The notes beneath the pieces are model-generated. The model was not told the origin of the DNA. It saw only the letters and a list, made by a program, of their open reading frames with translations, and did not search any database. Below, piece after piece: positions 1 through 9,155 of a stretch of DNA of 64,000 bases. Position numbers and translations under genes: made by a program. Where the stretch lies: positions 132,944 to 196,943 of the forward strand of contig JAQUSN010000002.1 of NCBI GenBank assembly GCA_028715115.1. The letters run 5' to 3'. How positions within the stretch are numbered: position 1 is the stretch's first letter; the number at the start of each line of letters is the position of its first letter. This stretch comes from Patescibacteria group bacterium. GTDB lineage: Bacteria; Patescibacteriota; Patescibacteriia; UBA2591; UBA4787.

Positions 1-165
1 CGAGAGTATCCTTGGTTACGACTTAGGATAGAGTGGTTTATAGGCGCTTCAAAAATGAAGTTACTTGGTGTAGGACGTTAAGGCATTTTAGATGTCGAAT
101 AAAATACAGCCCTAAATTCATCAACAATACGAATAAAGGGTAGTGATATTGACAGCATTCTACAT

Positions 166-290
166 AATCGTAACGCCAATGGCAATCTGTGCGTGCGCTA
201 CCTCTATTGGAATGGCAGCAGGTGGAGCTGGAACTACAACTGGCTTGACAACAACTTCAACGACAACAATCCGGCGCTGCTTCGCAACTC
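166..290 (+). repeat. DGR template repeat (TR), boundaries approximate
   Basis: AAC/AAT-rich tract reading NRNANGNLCVRYLYWNGSRWSWNYNWLDNNFNDNNPALLRN, directly beside avd and a DGR-type RT. Confidence 0.85.
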
Positions 291-293
291 ACT

Positions 294-704
294 TCATTTC
301 TTCTCCCGATTCAGCTCGGGAGAAGTTTCTTTTAATAAATTACGGTGCCAACCGCCAAGCATTTTACCAATTTCATTAAGCGGTTCAGAGATAGCCAGAT
401 ATTTTTTGTTATCCAGCGACTTGATTAGCCAGGCAATTTGGAGAAAAAATTTTAGCAAGTCAAATCGGCTGACTGCTTTTTGCACATAAGGCAATTTCTT
501 GTCTTTGGGTAAATTTCCGGCGGTAAAAATTAACTCGATTACTTCGACGAATGTCGAATCAATTTTTGCACCCAAAGTAAAGCGTGATGTTTTGGGCAAG
601 TGTTGAACAATTTCGTGCCATAATTTGTAAGTTCCGATTAATCTATCTATGATTGGAAGGGTATTTAAAGCGGGGGGGGGGCAATTAAAGGAAGAATTTT
701 TCAT
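294..704 (-). CDS. avd: DGR accessory variability determinant (Avd/bAvd-like four-helix bundle)
   Basis: LPKTSRFTLGAKID, LLKFFLQIAW and EIGKMLGGW motifs; lies between TR and RT. Confidence 0.85.
   Translation of the reverse strand: MKNSSFNCPPPALNTLPIIDRLIGTYKLWHEIVQHLPKTSRFTLGAKIDSTFVEVIELIFTAGNLPKDKKLPYVQKAVSRFDLLKFFLQIAWLIKSLDNKKYLAISEPLNEIGKMLGGWHRNLLKETSPELNREKK
300..325. other. Hairpin 3' of TR (cttctcccga-ttcagc-tcgggagaag)
   Basis: 10-bp perfect inverted repeat just downstream of TR, overlapping the avd 3' end. Confidence 0.6.
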
Positions 705-1707
705 AAAAATTAAGTTAGATATTAAATTTAGTCAAATTACCGATTTAGAGAATTTACTCGAAGCCTGGCGAGAGTTTTTAAAGGGTAAAAAGAAAAAACC
801 TGATGTTGCGCTGTTTCAAAGGAATTTAATAGACAATATTTTTTCTTTACGCGACGATTTAATTAGCCGTACCTACAGGCACGGCGCTTATCAAGCTTTT
901 AATATTTCTGATCCTAAGCCAAGAAATATTCATAAAGCCACGGTGCGCGACAGGGTTTTACACCGTGCTATCTATCGTCAGCTTTATTCATTTTTTGATC
1001 GAATCTTTATCGCCAGTTCGTTTTCTTGTCGTCTTGGCAAAGGAACGCATCGAGGGCTTAAATATTTTCAATCCAATGGTTATAAAGTGAGTAAAAATAA
1101 TACCAGAACCGCTTGGATCTTAAAATGCGATATTAAGAAATTTTTCGCTAGCGTTGACCATAAAGCCTTGCTTAAAATTTTAGCCCAATATATTACCGAT
1201 CAAGATGTTTTATGGTTGCTCAAAGAGACTGTTGGCAGTTTTGAGAACAAGCCAAAAATAGGATTGCCGTTAGGCAATTTAACTTCGCAACTTTTTGCCA
1301 ACGTTTATCTTAACGAATTTGACCAATTTGTAAAACATAACCTAAAAGTTAAATATTATCTGCGCTATGCTGACGATTTTGTTTTACTCTCTGAAGATAA
1401 AAACTGGCTCGAGGGTCAGATTCCTCATCTTAAAACATTTCTTTCTGAAAGGTTACGCTTAACCATGCACCCACGAAAAATTTTTCTTAAAACCCTTGCT
1501 TCGGGTGTTGATTTTCTGGGCTGGGTTAATTTTTTCCACCATAGGGTGGTTAGGACGAGCACTAAAAAGAAGCTAACCAAGAGAATTAAAGCAAATCCGA
1601 CCAAAGAAACCATTGCTTCATATTTGGGATTATTGAGCCACGGGAATACATATAAATTAAAAAAGAAAATTAGACTGGCGGATAAATTCAAAAAAGACGG
1701 TGCGTGA
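649..1707 (+). CDS. DGR reverse transcriptase (start uncertain, 649 or near 703)
   Basis: KPRNIHKATVRDRVLHRA, LKCDIKKFF, GLPLGNLTSQLFANVYL, YLRYADDF, GVDFLGW; about 350 aa with no maturase/endonuclease extension. Confidence 0.93.
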   Translation: MIGRVFKAGGGQLKEEFFIKIKLDIKFSQITDLENLLEAWREFLKGKKKKPDVALFQRNLIDNIFSLRDDLISRTYRHGAYQAFNISDPKPRNIHKATVRDRVLHRAIYRQLYSFFDRIFIASSFSCRLGKGTHRGLKYFQSNGYKVSKNNTRTAWILKCDIKKFFASVDHKALLKILAQYITDQDVLWLLKETVGSFENKPKIGLPLGNLTSQLFANVYLNEFDQFVKHNLKVKYYLRYADDFVLLSEDKNWLEGQIPHLKTFLSERLRLTMHPRKIFLKTLASGVDFLGWVNFFHHRVVRTSTKKKLTKRIKANPTKETIASYLGLLSHGNTYKLKKKIRLADKFKKDGA

Positions 1708-1725
1708 GCAATCCGTCTTTTTTTT
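1690..1725. terminator. Bidirectional intrinsic terminator between RT and thrS
   Basis: aaaaagacgg...ccgtcttttt between convergent genes. Confidence 0.7.
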
Positions 1726-1745
1726 ATTAAAATAGATGAAAAATA

Positions 1746-3593
1746 TTATTTTTTATTATTAATCTCTTCTATAATTTTTTCGATAAATTTTTTCTTGGTC
1801 ATATTTTTGACCTCATCGCCGCCCTGCCCACCGGAGCCTTGGCGTAGGCGGGGAGCCCGAACGTTAAGATTTCTGCCTGATTTTTCTTTATCGCCGATAA
1901 CCAAGATATAAGGAATTTTATTTTTTTCGGCTTTACGTATTTTATAGCCAACGGTTTCATTCAAATCGTCAACTTCTACGCGTAAATCTAATTCATCAAA
2001 TTCTTTTTTAAGCTTCCGGCAAACTGCATCATGATTTTTGCCAACCGGGATTAGTTGAACTTGGATAGGCGAGAGCCAAACAGGGAAAGCGCCGCCGCAG
2101 TTTTCGATTAAGATAGCGACAAATCTTTCCATTGAGCCCAAAAGCGTACGGTGCAGCATAATAGGAGATTTTTCTTTGCCATCTTTATCAATATAAGTCA
2201 TTTGGAATCGAGTTGGCTCGTTCATGTCTAATTGGATTGTCGTGCCTTGCCATTCGCGGCCCATCGCGTCGACTGCCTTCAAATCAATAGCTGGACCATA
2301 GAATTTAGCGCCGCCAATGTCTTTTTGAAACTTTATTTTTCTCTTGGTCAATAATTCTTCTAAAACTTTTTCTGTGAATTGCCAAGTTTTTTCATTTTTA
2401 ATGTATTTATCTGTAATTTTTGGATCACGAACAGACAAATAAACATTCAATTTATTAAAACCAAAAGTTTTATTAATATCCAAGGCAAAATCAAGAATAC
2501 TATTAATTTCATCCACAAACTGATCTTCACGACAAATAATATGGGCATCGTCTTGAGTAAAGCCGCGCACTCTTAGCATTCCATGTAAAACACCGGATTT
2601 CTCGAAACGGTAAACACTACCCAATTCACACAGTCTCATCGGTAGATCTCGATAGCTTCGCAATTGTGATTTATAAATTCGGATATGAAAGGGGCAGTTC
2701 ATCGGTTTAATATAGTATTTTGTTTTTTCTCCAATATCTTTTTCCGCCATAGACATAGATGGATACATTCCTTCTTGAAAAGTCTCTAGATGGCCCGAAG
2801 TTTCCCAAAGGTTGCTAAGACCAATGTGAGGAGTATAGACGTATTGATAGCCGCGCTTACGATGTTGCTGCCGCCAATAATGTTCAATTTCTTCGCGTAC
2901 AATGGATAATTTCGGATGCCAAAGCACCAGGCCAGGTCCGACATAATCATCAATGCTGAATAAATCCAGGTCTTTGCCGATGCGACGATGGTCTCGTTTT
3001 TCGGCTTCTTCGATTTGTGTTAAATAACAGTCCAGGTCTTTCTGGCTGGCAAATGCCACGCCATAAACGCGCTGGAGCATTTTATTTTTTTCGTTGCCGC
3101 GCCAATAAGCGCCGGCAATTTTGGTCAATTTAAAGGCGCCTAAGCTTTGGGCGGAATTAACGTGCGGACCGCGGCATAAATCAATAAAATTTCCGGTTTG
3201 ATAAAGGCTGATGACGTTATTTTTATCCGTGGTCACTTCATGTTCGCCCTCTCCATTTAATTTAGTGGTGCCGTGTTTTTTGATATCTTCCAGAAGTTCA
3301 ACCTTGTAGGCTTGATTAAGTTTTTTGAAGGTAGAAATAGCCTCGTCAATCACGACCTCTCTTCGCTCAAATTTAACCCCGCGTTTAATCAATTGGCGCA
3401 TTTTTTGTTCGATTTTCGGCAAATCTTCCGGCGTTAAGGTACGTGGCAAATCAAAATCATAATAAAAGCCATTTTCAATTACCGGCCCAACGCCAAACTT
3501 AGCTTCGGGAAATAATTCTAAAATTGCAGCCGCGAGCAAGTGGCTGGTTGAATGGCGAACAACTTCGAGCTCAAATTTGTTTTTATCACTCAT
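1746..3593 (-). CDS. thrS: Threonine--tRNA ligase
   Basis: RHSTSHLLA, DLCRGPH, RDHRRIG, KPMNCP, RVRGFTQDDAH motifs. Confidence 0.98.
   Translation of the reverse strand: MSDKNKFELEVVRHSTSHLLAAAILELFPEAKFGVGPVIENGFYYDFDLPRTLTPEDLPKIEQKMRQLIKRGVKFERREVVIDEAISTFKKLNQAYKVELLEDIKKHGTTKLNGEGEHEVTTDKNNVISLYQTGNFIDLCRGPHVNSAQSLGAFKLTKIAGAYWRGNEKNKMLQRVYGVAFASQKDLDCYLTQIEEAEKRDHRRIGKDLDLFSIDDYVGPGLVLWHPKLSIVREEIEHYWRQQHRKRGYQYVYTPHIGLSNLWETSGHLETFQEGMYPSMSMAEKDIGEKTKYYIKPMNCPFHIRIYKSQLRSYRDLPMRLCELGSVYRFEKSGVLHGMLRVRGFTQDDAHIICREDQFVDEINSILDFALDINKTFGFNKLNVYLSVRDPKITDKYIKNEKTWQFTEKVLEELLTKRKIKFQKDIGGAKFYGPAIDLKAVDAMGREWQGTTIQLDMNEPTRFQMTYIDKDGKEKSPIMLHRTLLGSMERFVAILIENCGGAFPVWLSPIQVQLIPVGKNHDAVCRKLKKEFDELDLRVEVDDLNETVGYKIRKAEKNKIPYILVIGDKEKSGRNLNVRAPRLRQGSGGQGGDEVKNMTKKKFIEKIIEEINNKK
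1822..1853. repeat. GC-rich palindromic element inserted in frame in thrS
   Basis: ccctgcccaccggagccttggcgtaggcgggg encodes extra PRLRQGSGGQG in the anticodon-binding domain. Confidence 0.7.
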
Positions 3594-3595
3594 AA

Positions 3596-4687
3596 TTATA
3601 AAGTTTTAAGCGAAATACGATCTTCGTTGGTAGGAGACTTAGTCACGAAAAATGGTGAAATTTTTATAACAAATCGTTCAACGTCTTCTATATTTTGCAG
3701 ATAAGATTTAATTTGATCTTTAGTTTTGCCAATGAAATAAACGCGGGCCAAAAGGTTGTTGTTTTCGTTAAGAATGGTTTCTCCGGCTAAATACATTTCA
3801 ATCGTCGCTCGCTGATTTTCGACATCGTAAGATTTTAATCGATAGCCGAAAGAAGAGCGGTCAACGCTGATTAATTTTTGTTCTGCCGGAACTTGGTTGA
3901 TTAGTTCTTGGTTGATAATTTTTAATAATTCATCTTCTTTTATTAGAGCCGCCGTAGTTTTTAGGGTCATTTTAACGGTAAAATTGTCTTTTTCTTCATT
4001 TACTTTTGCGTCAACTTGCGAGGAAACTACTTCTGGTCGAACCGCTATTTTCAGGCTCTGGTCATCTTTTTTCTTTTCAATATTTTCCAGCGCTTGTTTT
4101 TGCAGGCTATTTTTTAATGCGTTAGTCGCGTCATCTATATCTGTTTGCGTAACGATGCCAACTTTTTTAAAACCGCCGGTCATGGGCTCTTTGCTCTCGG
4201 CAAAAATCTTTTTTTGCAAAATAGCAGAAAGGCCGGGCAAGGTAAAGGTAGTCGGTCCTATTTCATAATCAGCGCCAGTTTTATCTGCTTTGATGTTCGC
4301 TTCAACTTTTTGGCCGGCTAAGACAATTATTTTTTGAGTCAGCCTGAATAATTTATTATCAGCTGATAAAAGGCGCGTGTTAGCAACTAGCGATTGGTTT
4401 TGGGCCGAATTATTGGTTATTATTACTTCGCCAGTGGCAAAGTCTTCCATGCTGGCCACGGTTTTAGGTTCGGCGGTTTGTTCGCCGCTGACAGTTTCTT
4501 CTATGATTTTTGCATTAACGGTGCCGGTAAAGTTAATTTCGGTGCGATGTTTTTTAGAATAAACCAATATGGTCGTACGGTATGACAATAATATCAAACC
4601 CAAAATCGTAAGAAGTAAAATAACGATAGTGAAAAGTCCAAAAAAATAACCAATCTTTTTATGCGGTGAAATAAATATAGTAGTCAT
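3596..4687 (-). CDS. Membrane-anchored protein with baseplate-J-like domain (CPR-conserved type)
   Basis: N-terminal TM helix; ATGEVIITN...LVANTRL...ADKTGADYEIGPTTFTLPGL...MTGG pattern. Confidence 0.6.
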   Translation of the reverse strand: MTTIFISPHKKIGYFFGLFTIVILLLTILGLILLSYRTTILVYSKKHRTEINFTGTVNAKIIEETVSGEQTAEPKTVASMEDFATGEVIITNNSAQNQSLVANTRLLSADNKLFRLTQKIIVLAGQKVEANIKADKTGADYEIGPTTFTLPGLSAILQKKIFAESKEPMTGGFKKVGIVTQTDIDDATNALKNSLQKQALENIEKKKDDQSLKIAVRPEVVSSQVDAKVNEEKDNFTVKMTLKTTAALIKEDELLKIINQELINQVPAEQKLISVDRSSFGYRLKSYDVENQRATIEMYLAGETILNENNNLLARVYFIGKTKDQIKSYLQNIEDVERFVIKISPFFVTKSPTNEDRISLKTL

Positions 4688-4704
4688 ATGATTAATATAT
4701 CACA

Positions 4705-7700
4705 TTAATATTGCTTTGACAATAATTTTTGTTGAATTTTTTTAACGCTTTTTTCGATATTTTCTTCCATTAATTCTTCGGCTGTTTCGACGATTATTTT
4801 TGGCACGCCATCTTTGTCGGTTAAAGTTCCGGCCGCTAAAATAGTTTTATTTTCTTCAAAGAGATCAGGCATGACCAAAAGGGTTTTCGGGAACACTATG
4901 GCTTCGATGGAGCCGGATTCATCTTCTAATTTTATAAATAACATTGATTGCTTGTTTGAGGTTATAATTCTTTTAATATTAGTAATAATGCCGGCGATAA
5001 TCACGTAGCGCGTATTTAAGTTAGCGCCTTTTAAAAGTGAATTTATCGGTCTGGTCCATTTTTGTAATTCTTCTTTATGCTCTTTAAGCGGATGATCGGA
5101 GACGAATAATCCCAAAAGCTCTTTTTCCCAAAAAAGTTTTTGTTTTAATGGAGCAGGCTCGGTTTCGGTTAGGCGTAAACTGCTTTTGCCATTATTGTTT
5201 TGGAAAGAGCCAAAGAGATTTGTTTGGCCGTTCTGATGGTCTTGTTGTAACTTTTTATTGAAGTCAAGCAAAACCTCCATATTAACCAATAATTTATTTC
5301 TTTCGCCAAACTGGTCGAGGGATCCGGATTTTATAAAACTCTCAAGAGATTTTTTATTTAAGTCTTTTGTTTTAACGCGCGACAGAAAATCATCAAGTCC
5401 TTGATAGGCGCCGTTGGCTTTTCGTTCGGCAATAACTTCTTTAACAATACCTTCTCCGACATTTTTAATGGCTAGCAATCCGAATCTTATTTTTTTTGCT
5501 CCAACTACGGTAAAATTTTCTAAACTTTCGTTAATGTCGGGCGGGAGCACCTCCAATCCCATTTTTTTGCATTCTTCAACTTCAATAGCAATACGATCGC
5601 TGTCGTTTTGGTCGGAAGTTAAAAGAGCGGCCATAAATTCGGTGGGGTAGTTTGCCTTGAGATAGGCGGTTTGATAAGCGATTACGGCATAACAAGTAGC
5701 ATGTGATTTATTAAAACCATAACCGGCAAATGGTTCAATGAATTGCCAGACTCTTTCGGCCACTGAGCGATCGACGTTATTATTTATACATCCTTTGATG
5801 AATTTTACTTTTTGTTCTTGCAATAATTTGGCGATTTTTTTACCTACGGCTTTTCTCAAGACATCAGCTTCGGCCAAGGTGAAGCCTGCCAAGGCTCTAA
5901 CGGTTAGTAAAAGTTGTTCTTGATAAACGGCAATGCCATAAGTATTTTCCAGGATTGGTTTAAGTTTCGGATGCAAATAACTGGGTTCTTTTAATCCGTT
6001 TTTGGCGGCAATATAATCAGGGATAAGCTCCATCGGGCCGGGACGATACAAAGCAACCATGGCGATAATATCTTCCATCTGCGTTGGCTTTAATTGTTTT
6101 AGATATCGCCTCATGCCGCCGCTTTCAAATTGGAAAACGCCGATAGTGTAAGCAGCTTGGAATAATTTAAGAGTTTTCGGATCATTGAGCGGCAAATTAT
6201 CGAGATCAATTTCTTCTTTATAAATTCTTTTAATGATATTAAGCGCGGTTTCGATGAGCGTTAAATTTTTTAAACCCAAAAAGTCCATTTTCAACAAGCC
6301 CAATGCCTCCACGGCGTGCATCTCATATTGAGTGATGATAGTTTTTTCCGTGCCGGAAACATCATATTGTACCGGAACATATTGATCCAACGGTTCGGGC
6401 GTGATAACAATACCGCAGGCATGTTTAGACGCGTGGCGGGCGACGCCTTCTAGTTTTATTGCCGCGTTAATTATTTTTTTCACGTCAGAATTGGTGTCAT
6501 AATAATTTTTTAACTCAGATACTTTACTTAACGCTTCGCCCAATTTCATATTCATGGGAATCATTTTGGCCAACTTGTCGCAAAAGCTATAAGGATAATC
6601 CAAGACGCGACCGACGTCGCGCACCGCGGCGCGGGCAGCCATCGTCCCGAAAGTGATAATTTGCGCCACATGATCGCGGCCATATTTATTTTCAACATAA
6701 TGTATTACTTCATCGCGCCTGATATCGGCAAAATCTAAGTCAATATCAGGCATGGAGATTCTCTCCGGGTTTAAAAATCTTTCAAAAACTAAACCATAAG
6801 GCAGAGGATCGATATTAGTAATATTCAAAATATATGAAACGATTGAGCCGGCGGCTGAACCTCGGCCCGGTCCGACGACGATGCCATGTTCTTTAGCCCA
6901 CATAACAAAATCTTGGACAATTAAAAAGTAAGAAGCAAAGCCGGTTTTTTCGATAACGCTTAATTCGTATTTTAACCGTTCCATTACCTCGGGATTTTTG
7001 TCAGGATAGCGATGGGGCAGTCTCTCATAGCATAAATTACATAGGTAATCAAAGGGTGTTTCTCCTTCGGGCAGAGCAAAATAAGGGAGCTTGGTTTTAC
7101 CTAATTCTATCTCCAGGTTACAGGCATCGACGATTTTTTGCGTATTGGCAATGACTTCAGGATGATCCTTAAAGGCCTCTTCTATCATTTCTGGCGAACG
7201 GAAAGAATAGTCATCGCCCATCATATAAATCCGGTTATCGGTTTCTGATTTTTTTCTCTTCGTTTGCAGGCACAAAAGGATGTCTTGAATTTCAGCGTCT
7301 TCCTGGTGAATATAGTGGCAGTCGTTAGAGGCCACGATTGGAATATCGAATTTTTTGCTAAGCTCAAACATTTTTTTGTTAACGATTGATTGTTCCGGTT
7401 CGCCAGGATGGTGCTGTACTTCCAAATAAAAATTATCAGGGCCAAAAATTTCTTTATAATCTTGCAGGGCGCTTTCTAATTTGGCAGTTTGATTATTAAT
7501 TATTAATTTTGAAATTTCTCCGCCCAGACAAGCGCTCATGCCAATTAATCCTTGTGAATATTTTTTTAACGTCGGTTTATCGATTCTTGGTTTATAATAA
7601 AAACCCTCGAGGTGGGCAATGCTCGTGAGTTTAATTAAATTTTTGTATCCAATTTCATCTTTGGCAAGGAGCACCAGATGATAGGGCCGTTCGTCAATTT

Positions 7701-7935
7701 TTACCCGCTTGTCGTTCAGGCCGTTGGGGGCTAGATATACTTCGACGCCGATGATTGGTTTAATACCGGCCGCTTTGGCTTTTTGATAAAATTCAATGAC
7801 GCCATACATCACGCCGTGATCGGTAATGGCCAGAGATTTCATTTTGTATTTTTTTGCCTCTTCGATCAGATCTTCGATTTTAGCCATGCCGTCAAGAAGC
7901 GAAAAATGGGAGTGGACGTGAAGATGGTTAAACAT
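4705..7935 (-). CDS. dnaE: DNA polymerase III alpha subunit
   Basis: PHP domain HLHVHSHFSLLDG, GRGSAAGS, MPDIDLDF, YGFNKSH. Confidence 0.98.
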   Translation of the reverse strand: MFNHLHVHSHFSLLDGMAKIEDLIEEAKKYKMKSLAITDHGVMYGVIEFYQKAKAAGIKPIIGVEVYLAPNGLNDKRVKIDERPYHLVLLAKDEIGYKNLIKLTSIAHLEGFYYKPRIDKPTLKKYSQGLIGMSACLGGEISKLIINNQTAKLESALQDYKEIFGPDNFYLEVQHHPGEPEQSIVNKKMFELSKKFDIPIVASNDCHYIHQEDAEIQDILLCLQTKRKKSETDNRIYMMGDDYSFRSPEMIEEAFKDHPEVIANTQKIVDACNLEIELGKTKLPYFALPEGETPFDYLCNLCYERLPHRYPDKNPEVMERLKYELSVIEKTGFASYFLIVQDFVMWAKEHGIVVGPGRGSAAGSIVSYILNITNIDPLPYGLVFERFLNPERISMPDIDLDFADIRRDEVIHYVENKYGRDHVAQIITFGTMAARAAVRDVGRVLDYPYSFCDKLAKMIPMNMKLGEALSKVSELKNYYDTNSDVKKIINAAIKLEGVARHASKHACGIVITPEPLDQYVPVQYDVSGTEKTIITQYEMHAVEALGLLKMDFLGLKNLTLIETALNIIKRIYKEEIDLDNLPLNDPKTLKLFQAAYTIGVFQFESGGMRRYLKQLKPTQMEDIIAMVALYRPGPMELIPDYIAAKNGLKEPSYLHPKLKPILENTYGIAVYQEQLLLTVRALAGFTLAEADVLRKAVGKKIAKLLQEQKVKFIKGCINNNVDRSVAERVWQFIEPFAGYGFNKSHATCYAVIAYQTAYLKANYPTEFMAALLTSDQNDSDRIAIEVEECKKMGLEVLPPDINESLENFTVVGAKKIRFGLLAIKNVGEGIVKEVIAERKANGAYQGLDDFLSRVKTKDLNKKSLESFIKSGSLDQFGERNKLLVNMEVLLDFNKKLQQDHQNGQTNLFGSFQNNNGKSSLRLTETEPAPLKQKLFWEKELLGLFVSDHPLKEHKEELQKWTRPINSLLKGANLNTRYVIIAGIITNIKRIITSNKQSMLFIKLEDESGSIEAIVFPKTLLVMPDLFEENKTILAAGTLTDKDGVPKIIVETAEELMEENIEKSVKKIQQKLLSKQY

Positions 7936-7952
7936 ATTTATAAATTAACGAG

Positions 7953-8195
7953 CTATTTCTGTCTTCTTTCTTTGATAAACTCGGTTACTTCTTTTATACC
8001 CTGTGTTATTAGGGCCATGAAGGTGGAAATTTTAATTTTTTCCTTTAAGTTTTCGGCAATTTTGTTAAAATGATTTATGACGCCAGATATTCTCTTTAAG
8101 ATAACCAGCCAATAAATCATAGAGATACAAACAAAAAGAGCCACTACGATTATGGCTGCACTGACGCTGTAATAAAAAAGATTTTGTGCGAACAT
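7953..8195 (-). CDS. Small membrane protein, hypothetical
   Basis: 80 aa, one TM helix, upstream of and co-oriented with dnaE. Confidence 0.65.
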   Translation of the reverse strand: MFAQNLFYYSVSAAIIVVALFVCISMIYWLVILKRISGVINHFNKIAENLKEKIKISTFMALITQGIKEVTEFIKERRQK

Positions 8196-8293
8196 AGACT
8201 ATAAGTTAATATTTAAATATGTTAATAGCTTACCACTTTTTTCTTTTCAAGACAACCCCTTGTTGTTAATATTGTTTATGCTATAATGAATTT

Positions 8294-9154
8294 ATGGCTG
8301 ATTTAAACCAGGATCTAAACATTAAAGAAGTAAAATTTGCCAAATGGTATGAAACCAGGAAGGGTTTATTTAAAAAAATCCCGGTTTTGGTGCTAGTTTT
8401 AGTTTGTATTATAGTTTGGGCTGTTGGTATTAACCAGACTGTTAAATATTTTATAAACACTTCAGCATATCAGCAAACAATTTTTGGTTTAGTCAAAAAT
8501 TGGGTTGATTACGTTACTTATAACGAATCAAAAAAGCCTGCGCTTCCGGACGTAAATGTCGCGCCATTGATTTCGTATTTAGGTCCAGATAATTTATATC
8601 ATTATCATTTATTGGCCAAAGTCAAAAATAACGACAGCAATTGGATAATTTCATCGCTTAGCGGAGAATTTAAATTAGGGGACACGGTGATTTCTGTCAG
8701 TAATTTTTTTCTACCCAATGAGCAGAAATATTTAATGGCCTTAAATCAAACAAATCGTCAATTATTTTCTACGGCCGATTTTACCGTTACTGGTGTTTCT
8801 TGGCGCCGAGCAAGGCCGGACATTAAATCAAATCTATCCATAATCAATAATTTATCTTATCAGGACGTTAATTTTATACCCGGCGAAGTTGTCGGCGACA
8901 AAATTACGCCGGCGCGCGTTCAATTTATTGCCGCCAACCACTCAGCTTATTCTTTTTGGCAGACGATGGCTCAGCTTTTAATTTATCAAGGTAATAAAAT
9001 TGTTGACGCTTATCTCGTGCCCATAAATGATTGGATGACTGGCCAAGAAAAGTTCGTGGAAATAAATTTGATTCAACAATTTCCTTCTGTTACGAGGATT
9101 GAAATTATACCCAATATCGATTTGCTAAATAAAAATATTTTTATTAAGCCATAA
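8294..9154 (+). CDS. Hypothetical single-pass membrane protein
   Basis: 286-aa ORF with N-terminal TM, 1 nt before rodA; TGnTATAAT upstream. Confidence 0.8.
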   Translation: MADLNQDLNIKEVKFAKWYETRKGLFKKIPVLVLVLVCIIVWAVGINQTVKYFINTSAYQQTIFGLVKNWVDYVTYNESKKPALPDVNVAPLISYLGPDNLYHYHLLAKVKNNDSNWIISSLSGEFKLGDTVISVSNFFLPNEQKYLMALNQTNRQLFSTADFTVTGVSWRRARPDIKSNLSIINNLSYQDVNFIPGEVVGDKITPARVQFIAANHSAYSFWQTMAQLLIYQGNKIVDAYLVPINDWMTGQEKFVEINLIQQFPSVTRIEIIPNIDLLNKNIFIKP

Positions 9155-9155
9155 C

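Larger units (their letters stand above)
166..1707. mobile_element. Diversity-generating retroelement core (TR-avd-RT)
   Basis: Co-location of TR, avd and RT. Confidence 0.85.

Noticed and set aside
143-489. ORFs 143-379 and 193-489 as proteins
   Set aside because: They are translations of the template repeat and the avd antisense strand
649-1707. RT as group II intron or retron
   Set aside because: No maturase/endonuclease domain, intron domain V or VTG retron motif; avd and TR are adjacent
3596-4687. Prophage, from the baseplate-J-like gene
   Set aside because: Single membrane-anchored gene between dnaE and thrS with no other phage genes
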